Notes: generated by a model from the letters alone, not told the origin. Positions 1-9,830 are shown, counted from the stretch's first letter. The stretch is DNA of 17,712 nucleotides from an uncultured Thermococci archaeon (GCA_964487115.1 CAZAPD010000092.1:1-17712); one strand, 5' to 3'. Program-made: numbers and translations.

Positions 1-63
1 GGCAAGTTTAGGGAAGTCTTCGAGAAGATAGTGGAGGTTTGTAGGGATGTTCAACGTTTATGA
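1..63 (+). CDS. 3' end of a probable chorismate mutase (AroQ type), truncated by the window edge
   Basis: Frame 1 reads GKFREVFEKIVEVCRDVQRL* (TGA 61-63), resembling the C-terminal helix of small Thermococcales chorismate mutases. It overlaps the next ATG (47) and fits the order chorismate mutase - aminotransferase - prephenate dehydrogenase. Confidence 0.7.
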   Translation, partial: GKFREVFEKIVEVCRDVQRL

Positions 64-1081
64 ATTTTTTAATAAAATCTCCTCGCTTAATCCTAAGATA
101 AGATTGGATGCAGGACAGCCAGATATAAGGGTGGATGAAAGGATAATAGAAGAAGCCGTGAGCTCTTTAAAGAGAGGCGAAACGGGCTATACTAAAACCC
201 CCGGCTTAGATGAGCTTAGGGAGAAGATAGCAGAGGTTGAGAGTGTTGAAAAAGAGAACGTAATAGTCGGCAACGGCTCAAAGATTTTAATTGCTTCGCA
301 GATTTTAAGGGCTAAGCGGGTTGGAATAATTTCCCCTCACTGGCAGGCTTATGAGAGCATAGCTAAGGAGTTTGGGAAAGAAGTTAAAATCTTTAAGACT
401 TCCCTTGAAGAGGAATGGGAGCCAAGGATAGAAGGCTTAGATGTTGATTTACTCATTCTAAATTATCCAAACAATCCAACGGGAAAAATTCTGCCAAGAG
501 AAAAGCTCAAAGAAATCTTTGAGGTTGCCAAGGATGAAAATGTAAAAGTTTTAGCCGATGAAATTTACTCTGACATAGCTTTTAAACCCTTCACACCGGC
601 AAGGGAGCTTTACGACAATATTGTGACCATTAAGGGCTTCTCAAAGCTCTTCTCCATGACAGGATTTAGATTAGGCTATGCAATAGCACAAAGAGAAGAT
701 ATTAAAGCTATGCAGAAGTTTTTAGAGGCAACGACAACTTGTGTTCCAATCTTCATTCAAAGGGCTGGAGTTAAAGCGCTGGAAATTAGAGAAGAGGTCA
801 AAAAGAGAGTTGTCAAAATCTACGAGGGGAGGGTAAAACTTGCCTCAAGAATTCTGAAAGGCTTTGAATTTTACGAGCCCGATGGAGCGTTTTACCTCTT
901 CGTTAAAACGGGAACCGATGGTCTTAGCTTTGCTGAAAAGCTCTTAGAAAAGGGTGTTTCCGTTTTTCCAGGGATTGCTTTTGGAGATTATAGAGATTTT
1001 ATCAGAATTTCGTTGGTAAGTTCAAAGCTTGAAGAGGGACTTAAAATAATTAGGGAGGTTAAGCTATGCGCATCGGAATAA
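47..1081 (+). CDS. PLP-dependent class I/II aminotransferase, probably the aromatic amino-acid aminotransferase
   Basis: Motifs GQPD, GYT..PG..ELRE.IA, NYPNNPTG, DEIY and the PLP-lysine motif GFSKLFSMTGFRLG. RBS GGAGG at 33-37. Lies between chorismate mutase and tyrA. Confidence 0.9.
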   Translation: MFNVYEFFNKISSLNPKIRLDAGQPDIRVDERIIEEAVSSLKRGETGYTKTPGLDELREKIAEVESVEKENVIVGNGSKILIASQILRAKRVGIISPHWQAYESIAKEFGKEVKIFKTSLEEEWEPRIEGLDVDLLILNYPNNPTGKILPREKLKEIFEVAKDENVKVLADEIYSDIAFKPFTPARELYDNIVTIKGFSKLFSMTGFRLGYAIAQREDIKAMQKFLEATTTCVPIFIQRAGVKALEIREEVKKRVVKIYEGRVKLASRILKGFEFYEPDGAFYLFVKTGTDGLSFAEKLLEKGVSVFPGIAFGDYRDFIRISLVSSKLEEGLKIIREVKLCASE

Positions 1082-1854
1082 TAGGCTATGGGAAGATGGG
1101 GAGGCTGTTTGCCAAAGAGTTCAGCACAAAGCATGAAGTTGGAATTTACTCAAGGCATGGAAAGGAGATTGAGTTTAAGCTGTTTGGCTCAATAGAGGAG
1201 CTTTTTGAATGGGCAGATGCTATTATTGTTGCTAAGTCTCTTGAAGAGACGCCTCAAGTTTTAGAAACGCTTGCAAAATTGAGCGAAAAAAGCGAGGAGA
1301 AGGTTATTTTTGACATCTCGACATTCAAGAAAGACGTGATAGAGATTTATAAAAGATTCCCGGAGAGCGTCAAGGTCTGCAGCGTTCATCCGATGTTCGG
1401 AGCTGGGGCTAAGGGCTTTGAAGGGAGAAGGTTCATAGTAATTCCAGTTGAGGGAAAGGAAGAAGACATGAATCCGGTGATAAATCTTTTCAAGGAATTT
1501 AAAGCTGAGGTCTTCGTTGCAGATGCAAAAACTCACGATGAGATGATGAAAGTTGTTATTGGAATTCCATACTTCATTGGCATCTCATTCCTAAGCTTCC
1601 TCTCGAAATTCGAGGGAGTTGAAAACTTTGGAGGCACATCCTTTGAGTATTTGACCACTTATGCAAAAGCCGTGTTGAATGACTCATCAGAGTTCATTGA
1701 GGAGGTTCTGTTGTTTTCTTCTGATATGATAGAAAAGTTCTTGAAATCTGCTGAAGATGATATCCCTATCAATATGCTCAAAGAGAGATATAGTGGTGAG
1801 ATTAAAGAGAGTTATGGAAGATTCTACAAGGTGTTAAGATGCTTATGGGCTTGA
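1066..1854 (+). CDS. tyrA: Prephenate dehydrogenase (TyrA family)
   Basis: Rossmann motif IGIIGYGKMG, then DISTFK, HPMFG and HDEMM motifs. GGAGG RBS upstream; 16-nt overlap with the aminotransferase. Confidence 0.88.
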   Translation: MRIGIIGYGKMGRLFAKEFSTKHEVGIYSRHGKEIEFKLFGSIEELFEWADAIIVAKSLEETPQVLETLAKLSEKSEEKVIFDISTFKKDVIEIYKRFPESVKVCSVHPMFGAGAKGFEGRRFIVIPVEGKEEDMNPVINLFKEFKAEVFVADAKTHDEMMKVVIGIPYFIGISFLSFLSKFEGVENFGGTSFEYLTTYAKAVLNDSSEFIEEVLLFSSDMIEKFLKSAEDDIPINMLKERYSGEIKESYGRFYKVLRCLWA

Positions 1855-1878
1855 TTGGCAGGTTAAGTATCAAATGAC

Positions 1879-1895
1879 ACAAAAAGTTATATATT
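1879..1895 (+). promoter_or_regulatory. BRE-TATA promoter of the ACT-domain gene
   Basis: AAAAAG (1881-1886) directly followed by TTATATA (1887-1893), about 30 nt before ATG 1924; RBS GGGTGAG at 1914-1920. Confidence 0.7.
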
Positions 1896-1923
1896 ATCAG
1901 TAGATATTCCTTTGGGTGAGATA

Positions 1924-2601
1924 ATGACAAAAGGAAAAATGAGTGTTGCAAAAGCGGTAAGGGATGCTGTTCTCTCCCATCCGGCAATTAGAGAGTGTTT
2001 AATTTTGGATGTTATAAACTACAGTGCTTTGGCAAGGATTATCTTAAAAGAGTTAGAGAAGAAAAATATCAAAACCTCTACCGGGGCAGTAAAGATGGCT
2101 TTAATAAGGATTGGAGAAGAACTGAAGAAGGAGAGGGCGTTCTTTGAAAAAAGAATTAAGAATGTGGTTGCAAAAACAGTTATTGAGCTTCAATCTGACT
2201 TAACAGTGATAACAGTTAAAAAACGAACCGTTTTAGATAAAATTGGCGGACTCTCAAAGATAATGGAAAATGCAAGGTTTTTCCAGCTCACTCAAGGTGT
2301 TGAAACATTCACGTTTGTTATCTCAAGCGAAGAGAAAGACAGGATCATCAGTACTCTGGGGAGGGAAGATATAGTTGATCTAATCGAACAGCAAACTGCC
2401 ATAGTTTTGATAAGCCCGGAGGAGATCATTGAAACTCCGGGATTTGTTGCATTTGTGACTTCTGCACTCTCTTCAAGTGGGATAAATATAACACAGGTTA
2501 TATCATGCCACAAGGACACTATATTTGTCGTGGATAGAAAAGTGGCACCTAAGACATATCGGATTCTTGAAGAACTTATCCTCGAAATGAGAGAGGGTTA
2601 A
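1924..2601 (+). CDS. Uncharacterised archaeal protein with N-terminal helical/HTH-like region and C-terminal ACT-like region; putative amino-acid-sensing regulator
   Basis: Start moved from TTG 1912 to ATG 1924 because RBS GGGTGAG lies between them. N-terminal INYSALAR...GAVKMAL. C-terminal ETPGFVAFVTSALSSSGINITQVISCHKDTIFVV matches the ACT pattern (PG..a.v...L...GINI..v.s) of aspartokinase-type ACT domains. Confidence 0.75.
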   Translation: MTKGKMSVAKAVRDAVLSHPAIRECLILDVINYSALARIILKELEKKNIKTSTGAVKMALIRIGEELKKERAFFEKRIKNVVAKTVIELQSDLTVITVKKRTVLDKIGGLSKIMENARFFQLTQGVETFTFVISSEEKDRIISTLGREDIVDLIEQQTAIVLISPEEIIETPGFVAFVTSALSSSGINITQVISCHKDTIFVVDRKVAPKTYRILEELILEMREG

Positions 2602-2658
2602 AGTACCCTCTTCCCATATATCCTGCAAAATGCATGTTGGAGGAGGGAGAGAGGGTTA
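2589..2658 (+). repeat. 12-bp direct repeat GAGAGAGGGTTA flanking a complementary pyrimidine tract
   Basis: Exact copies at 2589-2600 and 2647-2658. ACCCTCTTCCC (2605-2615) is complementary to both. Confidence 0.8.
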
Positions 2659-2742
2659 TATGTCAGTGAGATAGCATAGGATTGATATGAGGAAGTGTAA
2701 AAAAGTAGTGTATTCTTAAATTGAATGTCTTCTTTAGCTTGT

Positions 2743-2802
2743 TGTTACATTTATAACATTTTTTGTTAATTTTGACATATTAATTACAAAAAATATATAA
2801 AA
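2743..2802 (+). promoter_or_regulatory. argG operon promoter with upstream TGTTA/TAACA half-site array
   Basis: A-tract BRE plus TATATAA (2794-2800). Half-sites TGTTA 2743, TAACA 2754, TGTTA 2764 and TGACA 2773. RBS AGGTGA at 2823-2828. Confidence 0.65.
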
Positions 2803-2833
2803 TGTTCTTTTTATCCAAGTTCAGGTGATTCCC

Positions 2834-4072
2834 ATGAGGGTGGTTTTAGCATACTCCGGGGGTTTAGATACCTCTGTAATACTTAAGATGATGCAGGAAA
2901 AGCTCAATGCGGAAGTAGTCACCGTTACGGTTGATGTAGGGCAAAAGGACAATTTTGAAGAGATTGAAAAGAAGGCGCTTAAGCTTGGAGCTGTTAAGCA
3001 TTATACAATTGATGCCAAGAAAGAGTTCGTGGAGGATTACGTGTTTAAAGCGGTGAAGGCAAATGCGCTATATGATGGGGTTTATCCTTTGGCGACGGCT
3101 CTCGCCAGACCATTAATAGCCAAAAAAATCGTGGAGATTGCCAAAAAAGAGAAGATAGATGTCATAGCCCATGGATGCACCGGAAAGGGTAATGATCAGG
3201 TTAGATTTGATTTAGCAGTTAAAGCACTATACCCTGATGTTAAGATAATCGCTCCGGTGAGGGAGTGGGGATTAACAAGAGACTGGGAAATGAAGTATGC
3301 TAAGGAACATGGAGTACCTGTTAAAGACAAAATCTACAGTATAGATGAAAATCTCTGGGGCCGCTCAATAGAAGGTGGTATCTTAGAGGATCCTCTTAAG
3401 GAGCCCCCAGAAGAGGTATTTGAATGGACGCTTCCCCCTGAAAAAACTCCAGAAAAGCCAGAGTATCTTGAAATTGAATTTGAAAATGGTGTTCCTGTGG
3501 GGGTCAACGGCAAGAACATGGAAGCTGTAGACCTTATAGAAACTCTGAACTTTATAGGTGGAAAGCATGGAATAGGGAGGATTGACCATATAGAGAACAG
3601 AGTTGTGGGAATAAAAAGCAGAGAGGTGTATGAGGCTCCTGCAGCTGTGCTGATAATAACTGCTCACAAAGACTTAGAGAAACTTGTTTTGACAAAATGG
3701 GTTACAGAGTTTAAGGAGATGGTTGATTCCAAATGGGCATGGCTGGTTTACAGTGGTTTGTGGTTTGAGCCACTTAAAGAGGCCTTGGATGCATTTATAG
3801 ACACTGTAGAAATTAAGGTGAATGGAATAGTAAAGATGAAGCTCTATAAGGGCAACGCCATGGTGATTGGCAGAAGTTCTGAAAATTCACTCTATGATAC
3901 AAAGCTCGCTACTTATGAGAAATTCAGTACTTTTGATCAAAAGCTTGCGGTTGGTTTTATTGAGCTCTTTGGATTGCAGAGTGTTTTGGCATATGCTATA
4001 AGGGGTGAACCTCAATTAACAAGTTCTGAAATTCAATCAACTCTTAAAAAAGCGATCAGCAAGCAGTGGTGA
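2834..4072 (+). CDS. argG: Argininosuccinate synthase
   Basis: Motifs VVLAYSGGLDTS, HGCTGKGNDQVRF, YSIDENLWGRSIEGG and ENRVVGIKSREVYEAP. Start placed at ATG 2834 because GTG 2825 is part of the RBS. Confidence 0.97.
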   Translation: MRVVLAYSGGLDTSVILKMMQEKLNAEVVTVTVDVGQKDNFEEIEKKALKLGAVKHYTIDAKKEFVEDYVFKAVKANALYDGVYPLATALARPLIAKKIVEIAKKEKIDVIAHGCTGKGNDQVRFDLAVKALYPDVKIIAPVREWGLTRDWEMKYAKEHGVPVKDKIYSIDENLWGRSIEGGILEDPLKEPPEEVFEWTLPPEKTPEKPEYLEIEFENGVPVGVNGKNMEAVDLIETLNFIGGKHGIGRIDHIENRVVGIKSREVYEAPAAVLIITAHKDLEKLVLTKWVTEFKEMVDSKWAWLVYSGLWFEPLKEALDAFIDTVEIKVNGIVKMKLYKGNAMVIGRSSENSLYDTKLATYEKFSTFDQKLAVGFIELFGLQSVLAYAIRGEPQLTSSEIQSTLKKAISKQW

Positions 4073-4076
4073 TTCC

Positions 4077-5438
4077 ATGTATAGAAAAGAATTACTGGGT
4101 GAAGCCAACATTCAGATTTTAAATTATATTTCTTCAATGGAAGAGGATAGAGAGATTGTGGGAGAAATACTGGAATGCCTAATCGCCCATGTTAAAACGC
4201 TAAGCACACAGGGTTTAATCCCTGTAGAGGAAGGGAAAAGGATACTTAGGGAACTTGAAAAGCTTTCAAAAGATCCATCTGTCCTGCATTCATTAAATGC
4301 GGAGGATATTCATGAAGCTGTCGAGATTTATCTAAAAGAAAAGCTCGGAGAGAATGAAGGATATTTAGCCTTAGGAAAAAGCAGAAATGACCATGTTTCA
4401 GCAGCTTTGAGACTAAAAACAAAGAAGATTCTAATTGAACAACTAAAAGAGTTGATGAATCTAAGGAGAATTCTTTTGGAAAAAGCAGAAAAGCATATAT
4501 GTACAATAATGCCAGCCTTTACCCATCTACAGCCAGCACAACCTTCGACTTTTGCCCACTATCTTTGTTACATAGAAGAGGTCTTAGCTGATTATACAAA
4601 ATCCTTGTTCTTTGTCCTCGGGATAGTTGATGAATCCCCCTTGGGAGGAGGTGCGGTTGGTGGAACAAGCGTTCCCTTAGATAGAGAAGCACTGGCTAAT
4701 GAGCTTTTTAGCGGAATAGTGCTCAATTCAATAAAGGCAACAAGCAGCAGGGATTTTCTAAGTATCGCATCATCAATGGATGTTAATTTATCTGTATTTT
4801 TATCACGGATAGCCGAGGATATTGTCATTTTCTCAACACCTCAATTTGACTATTTGGTTTTACCCAAAGAGCACTTGGCGACGAGTAGTATGATGCCCCA
4901 AAAGAAGAACCCGGTGACTATGGAGATAGCGAGAGCTTGGGGCTCTGAAAGCGTTGGACATCTAACGGCTTTGTTAGGAATCCTAAAAGCCCTTCCAACT
5001 GGTTACAATTTGGATATGCAGGAGGCAAATAAACATGCATTAGTAATCTTAAAGAAAACTCTGGAAACTCTAAAAATCTTTTCAGACTTCTTCAAAAAGG
5101 TTGAAGTCAATAAGAAAAAGTTGTTGATGGATGCAAAGATTTTTCCAATTTTAGCAACTGATATAGCTGAAAAGATCTCTCTAAAGAGCGGAAAGCCCTA
5201 TAGAGAAGTTTATGGGGAGATTGCAAAGCTAATAAGAGATTCTAATAATGTCGAAGAATTCTACACCAAAGTTGAAGAGCTTTATGAAATCAGAGCAAAC
5301 TTGGAAGAAGGAATTAAGAAGCCTGTTCTGGGTTCTCCAGATCCAGATAAGATTAAGGAATACATTAAGCTGGCAAAAAAGAGTCTCAAAGAAGATTCTT
5401 CTAAGCTAAGTGAGGTGATTCAATGCAGCCTTCTTTAA
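4077..5438 (+). CDS. argH: Argininosuccinate lyase
   Basis: Motifs EDIH, GKSRNDHV, MPAFTHLQPAQP, SSMMPQKKNP (fumarase/lyase signature) and GYNLDMQE. Its RBS GGTGA includes the argG stop codon. Confidence 0.96.
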   Translation: MYRKELLGEANIQILNYISSMEEDREIVGEILECLIAHVKTLSTQGLIPVEEGKRILRELEKLSKDPSVLHSLNAEDIHEAVEIYLKEKLGENEGYLALGKSRNDHVSAALRLKTKKILIEQLKELMNLRRILLEKAEKHICTIMPAFTHLQPAQPSTFAHYLCYIEEVLADYTKSLFFVLGIVDESPLGGGAVGGTSVPLDREALANELFSGIVLNSIKATSSRDFLSIASSMDVNLSVFLSRIAEDIVIFSTPQFDYLVLPKEHLATSSMMPQKKNPVTMEIARAWGSESVGHLTALLGILKALPTGYNLDMQEANKHALVILKKTLETLKIFSDFFKKVEVNKKKLLMDAKIFPILATDIAEKISLKSGKPYREVYGEIAKLIRDSNNVEEFYTKVEELYEIRANLEEGIKKPVLGSPDPDKIKEYIKLAKKSLKEDSSKLSEVIQCSLL

Positions 5439-6592
5439 TCGCAAAATTTAAAAATCCCGAGTGCTCCAATTGGCAAGGGCACTTGTCAAGCTTGATCTTG
5501 GAAGATGGTACTGTTTTTAAGGGCAAAGGCTTTGGAAGTGAAGGAATAAAATATGGAGAGGTTGTTTTCACAACTGGAATGGTAGGTTATCCAGAGTCGT
5601 TAACTGATCCTTCTTACAAGGGGCAGATTTTAACCATGACTTATCCACTAATCGGAAACTACGGTGTTCCAAGCAAAGAAATAAAAGAAAACGGTGTTCC
5701 TATTCACTATGAATCAGATAAAATACAAGTCGAAGGATTCGTAATTTCAAAGCTCATGAAAAGCAATCATTGGGCAAGTGAAAAGAGTTTAGATGAATGG
5801 TTCAAAGAAGAGGGTATTTCTGGAATAGAAGGAATTGACACAAGGGCTTTAGTGAAAAAAATAAGGGAAAAAGGAGTCATGATGGGGGCTCTGGTTGTAG
5901 GAGATTATGAGCTTGATGAAATTATGGAGAACGTGAAAAAGCTGAGCTATGATGAGATGAATTTCATAGATAAAGTTACTCCAAAGGAGATAATCCTTCA
6001 TGAGCCTGAAAACTCCAATAAGAGTATTGTTGTAGTTGATTGCGGTGTTAAATATGGAATTCTAAGGGAGCTTTTGAAAAGGGGGTTTAGAATAATAAGA
6101 ATTCCCTATTATTACGACCCAATCGATGTCTTAGAAGAGTTCAATGCGAATGGAATTTTATTTAGTAATGGTCCCGGAAATCCTGCATTGCTTAAAGACC
6201 TGATAAAAAAAGCTCAAGAAGTTATTGAGTACAACATTCCAACGATGGGCATTTGCTTAGGAAGTCAGATACTCTCTTTAGCAGATGGTGGAGAAATTTA
6301 CAAGCTTAAGTATGGACATAGGGGAATTAACAAACCGGTTAAAGACTTAAAAAGTGGAAAAGCTTTTGTAACAACTCAGAATCACGGATATGCTGTGAAA
6401 GCTCAAAGTCTAAACGAGTTTAAAGTTTGGATGATCAATATAGATGATGGAAGTGTTGAGGGAATTTACCATCCAAACAAACCTATAATTGCTACTCAAT
6501 TTCACCCTGAAGCATCCCCGGGTCCCTTGGACTCAACATGGATTTTTGATGTTTTTTCAAAAATGGTTAAAGGTGAGACTCATGGTTTCTAA
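5423..6592 (+). CDS. carA: Carbamoyl-phosphate synthase small (glutaminase) subunit
   Basis: Motifs [37 protein letters not shown], catalytic GICLG and [20 protein letters not shown] precedes ATG 5423. Confidence 0.97.
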   Translation: MQPSLIAKFKNPECSNWQGHLSSLILEDGTVFKGKGFGSEGIKYGEVVFTTGMVGYPESLTDPSYKGQILTMTYPLIGNYGVPSKEIKENGVPIHYESDKIQVEGFVISKLMKSNHWASEKSLDEWFKEEGISGIEGIDTRALVKKIREKGVMMGALVVGDYELDEIMENVKKLSYDEMNFIDKVTPKEIILHEPENSNKSIVVVDCGVKYGILRELLKRGFRIIRIPYYYDPIDVLEEFNANGILFSNGPGNPALLKDLIKKAQEVIEYNIPTMGICLGSQILSLADGGEIYKLKYGHRGINKPVKDLKSGKAFVTTQNHGYAVKAQSLNEFKVWMINIDDGSVEGIYHPNKPIIATQFHPEASPGPLDSTWIFDVFSKMVKGETHGF

Positions 6593-9500
6593 GGTTCTTG
6601 TTCTGGGCTCTGGAGCAATAAAAATTGGTGAAGCGGCTGAATTCGACTACAGCGGAAGTCAGGCTTTAAAGGCTTTAAAAGAAGAAGGCATAGAAACGAT
6701 TTTAATCAATCCAAATGTCGCAACAATTCAAACCAGCCATGAGATGACAGACAAAGTTTACCTCCTCCCGCTTGATATCAAATTTGTGGAGGAGGTTATA
6801 AAGAAAGAGAAACCTGATGGAATTTTGTTAGGCTTTGGAGGTCAAAGTGCTCTATCTTTGGGTGTAGCTTTACATGACTCTGGAATTTTAGAAAAGTATA
6901 ATATCAAAGTTCTTGGGACGCCTATAGAGGGAATAAAAAAAGCTCTGGATAGAGAGAAGTTTAGGGAAACAATGATCAAAAATAATCTCCCAATACCTCC
7001 AAGTAAAGCCGCTAAAAGCGTTGAAGAAGCTCTAAAAGTGGCTCAGGAGATAGGATTCCCAGTCATGGTTAGGGTTAGCTTTAACTTAGGTGGAAGGGGA
7101 TCCTTTGTCGCTTGGAATGAAGAGGAGTTTAAGGGATATATAGTCAGGGCTTTTGCACAAAGTGAGATTGGTGAGGTTTTGGTAGAGAAGTACCTAAAAG
7201 GATGGAAAGAGATAGAGTTTGAGGTTGTTAGGGATAAAGATGGAAATGCTGTTGCCGTAGCGTGCTTAGAGAACTTTGATCCAATGGGAATTCATACAGG
7301 GGATTCCATAGTTGTTGCTCCTTCTCAAACTTTAACAAATAGGGAATATCAACTCTTGAGGAGTGCAGCCATAGAAGTAGCGGAAGCTATAGATCTTATT
7401 GGAGAATGTAATGTTCAATTAGCCTTAGATCCCAGATCAGAGGAGTTCTACATAATTGAGACAAATCCAAGGATGAGCCGCTCATCTGCTTTAGCAAGCA
7501 AGGTAACGGGTTATCCCTTAGCCTATATTGCAGCAAAACTTGCTTTGGGCTATACCCTGGATGAGCTCTTAAATGGGGTAACTGGGGTTACAACCGCTTT
7601 ATTTGAGCCGAGCTTGGATTACGTTGTTGTTAAAATGCCGAGGTGGGATTTAGAAAAGTTCGAGAACGCGAAGAGGAAAATAAACACCGAGATGAAGAGC
7701 ATTGGAGAGGCCATGGCAATAGGAAGGAACCTTCATGAGGCTTTTCAAAAAGCTATTAGGATGGTGGGCATGGAGCTTATAGGAAAGTACTATGAGAGCG
7801 AAGAGTCGTTGGAAAAAGTTATGGAGAGGATCAAAAATTACGAACCCTACATGCCTATGCATATTGCAAAAGCCCTGAAATTGGGAGCAAGTGTTGATGA
7901 GATTCACGAGATTACTGGGATAGACAAGTTTTACCTCTACATAATCGAAGATCTCGTTAAAATTGCAGAAGCCCTGAGAAATCCAGATGAGGAAACAATA
8001 GGAGAAGCCAAAAAGCTTGGATTTAGTGACGGTCAGATAAAGGCTCTATCTAAAGGTAGCATTAAAGAATCAATTCCATTTGTCAAGCAAATAGATACAT
8101 TGGCCGGAGAGGTTCCAGCAAGGACGAATTATCTATACATGACCTATGATGCACAAGAAAACGATATCCCCTATACAGAAAAGCCAAAGGTTCTGATTTT
8201 GGGAGCAGGTGTCTTTAGGATTGGGGTTAGTGTAGAGTTTGATTGGGCAGTTGTGAACTTTGCAAACGCTGCAAAAAAGAGAGGTTATGAAGTTATCGTG
8301 CTCAATTATAACCCTGAAACAGTTTCAACAGATTGGGATATTAACGATAAGCTTTACTTTGAGGAGATAACCCTTGAGAGGGTTATGGACATCTACAAAT
8401 TTGAAAAGCCCACCGGTGTCGTTGCCTTTGCAGGAGGACAGCTTGCAAATTCCTTAGCTAAAAAACTTGAGCAAAAGGGAGTTAAGCTTTTGGGAACGAG
8501 GGGAACGAGTGTAGATATAGCTGAAAACAGGGCTAAGTTCTCCAAACTCCTCGAAGATTTAGGAATAAAGCAGCCATCCTGGATCGAAGCTAAGACTATT
8601 GGGGAAGTCTTGGCTTTTGCTGACGAAGTAGATTATCCTTTAATGATAAGACCGAGCTATGTTTTAAGCGGAACCGCTATGAAAGTTGCATACAATGAGA
8701 AAGAGCTGAGAGAATATCTCTCCTTAGCGGCAAAGGTATCTCCAGAGCACCCAGTGGTGGTTTCAAAATTCTTAGATGCCATGGAAGCTGAAATAGATGC
8801 TGTCTCAGATGGAAAAAGGGTAGTTGGAGTTACATTGGAGCACATAGAAAAAGCAGGAGTTCATAGTGGAGATGCCACGATGGTAACGCCTTATCGCTAT
8901 CTAAAACCCAAGCAAGTTAAAAAGATGCAGGAAATCGCTTTAGAGCTTGCTTTGGCTTTGGAAATTAGGGGGCCATTCAACATACAGTTTTTGGTTAATG
9001 ATGATGTCTACGTTCTTGAGCTAAACTTGAGGACCAGCCGTTCTATGCCCTTCTCAAGCAAATCAAGAGGCGTAAATTTAATGGAGTTAGCGGCTCAAGC
9101 AGTCTTCGATGGAAAACTCTCCTTAGGAAGTGAGCATGAATATTATGAGATTCCAGCAAAGGCTTTCGCTGTTAAGAGTCCTCAATTCTCTTGGTCTCAG
9201 CTTCAAAATGCTTATCCTTTCTTAGGACCGGAAATGCGCTCTACCGGGGAAGTCGCAAGTTTGGGATTTGAATTTGAGGATGCCCTGTTAAAGAGCTGGC
9301 TCTCAGTGAAGCCAAACAGGATGCCAAGGTTGAACATTTTAGTCTATGGCTATGACAAAGACGTATCAACATTATTGGAAACTGCAAAACTCCTTGAAAG
9401 CTTGGAATATAGTGTTTTCACCTTGGAAGACAGCTTAAGCTATGGAAATGCTTTGAGCAAAGAAAAAGCTGTAGAACTGGTGAAACTAAGCGAGATTGAC

Positions 9501-9722
9501 CTGATTATAACCTCTGGCTATGCAAAGGAGAAGGATTACTTCATTAGGAGGGCGGCAGTTGATTTAAACGTTCCGATAATCTTGGATGCAAACCTGGGTT
9601 ATGAGCTTTCAAAAGCTTTCGCTTGGGCAAAAAAGAACTGTTTTGAGGTTAAAGAACTTTCTGAGTATTACGGTCCAAAATTGCAAAGAGTCGTTAGCAA
9701 GCCTTTGGAAGAGTTCGTTTAA
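6582..9722 (+). CDS. carB: Carbamoyl-phosphate synthase large subunit
   Basis: Two ATP-grasp halves ([17 protein letters not shown]...[13 protein letters not shown] and [15 protein letters not shown]...[10 protein letters not shown]) plus a C-terminal MGS-like domain. True start is ATG 6582 after RBS AGGTGAG, not TTG 6489. Confidence 0.97.
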   Translation: MVSKVLVLGSGAIKIGEAAEFDYSGSQALKALKEEGIETILINPNVATIQTSHEMTDKVYLLPLDIKFVEEVIKKEKPDGILLGFGGQSALSLGVALHDSGILEKYNIKVLGTPIEGIKKALDREKFRETMIKNNLPIPPSKAAKSVEEALKVAQEIGFPVMVRVSFNLGGRGSFVAWNEEEFKGYIVRAFAQSEIGEVLVEKYLKGWKEIEFEVVRDKDGNAVAVACLENFDPMGIHTGDSIVVAPSQTLTNREYQLLRSAAIEVAEAIDLIGECNVQLALDPRSEEFYIIETNPRMSRSSALASKVTGYPLAYIAAKLALGYTLDELLNGVTGVTTALFEPSLDYVVVKMPRWDLEKFENAKRKINTEMKSIGEAMAIGRNLHEAFQKAIRMVGMELIGKYYESEESLEKVMERIKNYEPYMPMHIAKALKLGASVDEIHEITGIDKFYLYIIEDLVKIAEALRNPDEETIGEAKKLGFSDGQIKALSKGSIKESIPFVKQIDTLAGEVPARTNYLYMTYDAQENDIPYTEKPKVLILGAGVFRIGVSVEFDWAVVNFANAAKKRGYEVIVLNYNPETVSTDWDINDKLYFEEITLERVMDIYKFEKPTGVVAFAGGQLANSLAKKLEQKGVKLLGTRGTSVDIAENRAKFSKLLEDLGIKQPSWIEAKTIGEVLAFADEVDYPLMIRPSYVLSGTAMKVAYNEKELREYLSLAAKVSPEHPVVVSKFLDAMEAEIDAVSDGKRVVGVTLEHIEKAGVHSGDATMVTPYRYLKPKQVKKMQEIALELALALEIRGPFNIQFLVNDDVYVLELNLRTSRSMPFSSKSRGVNLMELAAQAVFDGKLSLGSEHEYYEIPAKAFAVKSPQFSWSQLQNAYPFLGPEMRSTGEVASLGFEFEDALLKSWLSVKPNRMPRLNILVYGYDKDVSTLLETAKLLESLEYSVFTLEDSLSYGNALSKEKAVELVKLSEIDLIITSGYAKEKDYFIRRAAVDLNVPIILDANLGYELSKAFAWAKKNCFEVKELSEYYGPKLQRVVSKPLEEFV

Positions 9723-9726
9723 TGGC

Positions 9727-9792
9727 TCTTTACATTTACCAAATCTTTCTTGCATCGTGATATGACATACTGGAATGTACAGAAATTTTTTT
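9727..9792 (+). terminator. Possible oligo-T archaeal terminator region after carB
   Basis: Pyrimidine-rich stretch after the carB stop and a T7 run at 9786-9792. Confidence 0.35.
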
Positions 9793-9830
9793 GGAATAAT
9801 AGTACAAAAACCAAATATTATTCGTATTCA

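Noticed and set aside
2602..2740. Box C/D or H/ACA guide RNA in the ACT-argG gap
   Set aside because: No properly spaced RUGAUGA/CUGA pair on either strand and no clear K-turn or ACA tail could be identified by eye.
6489..6581. 31-aa N-terminal extension of CarB from TTG 6489
   Set aside because: Lies inside carA. ATG 6582 has the RBS AGGTGAG and gives the conserved KVLVLGSG start.
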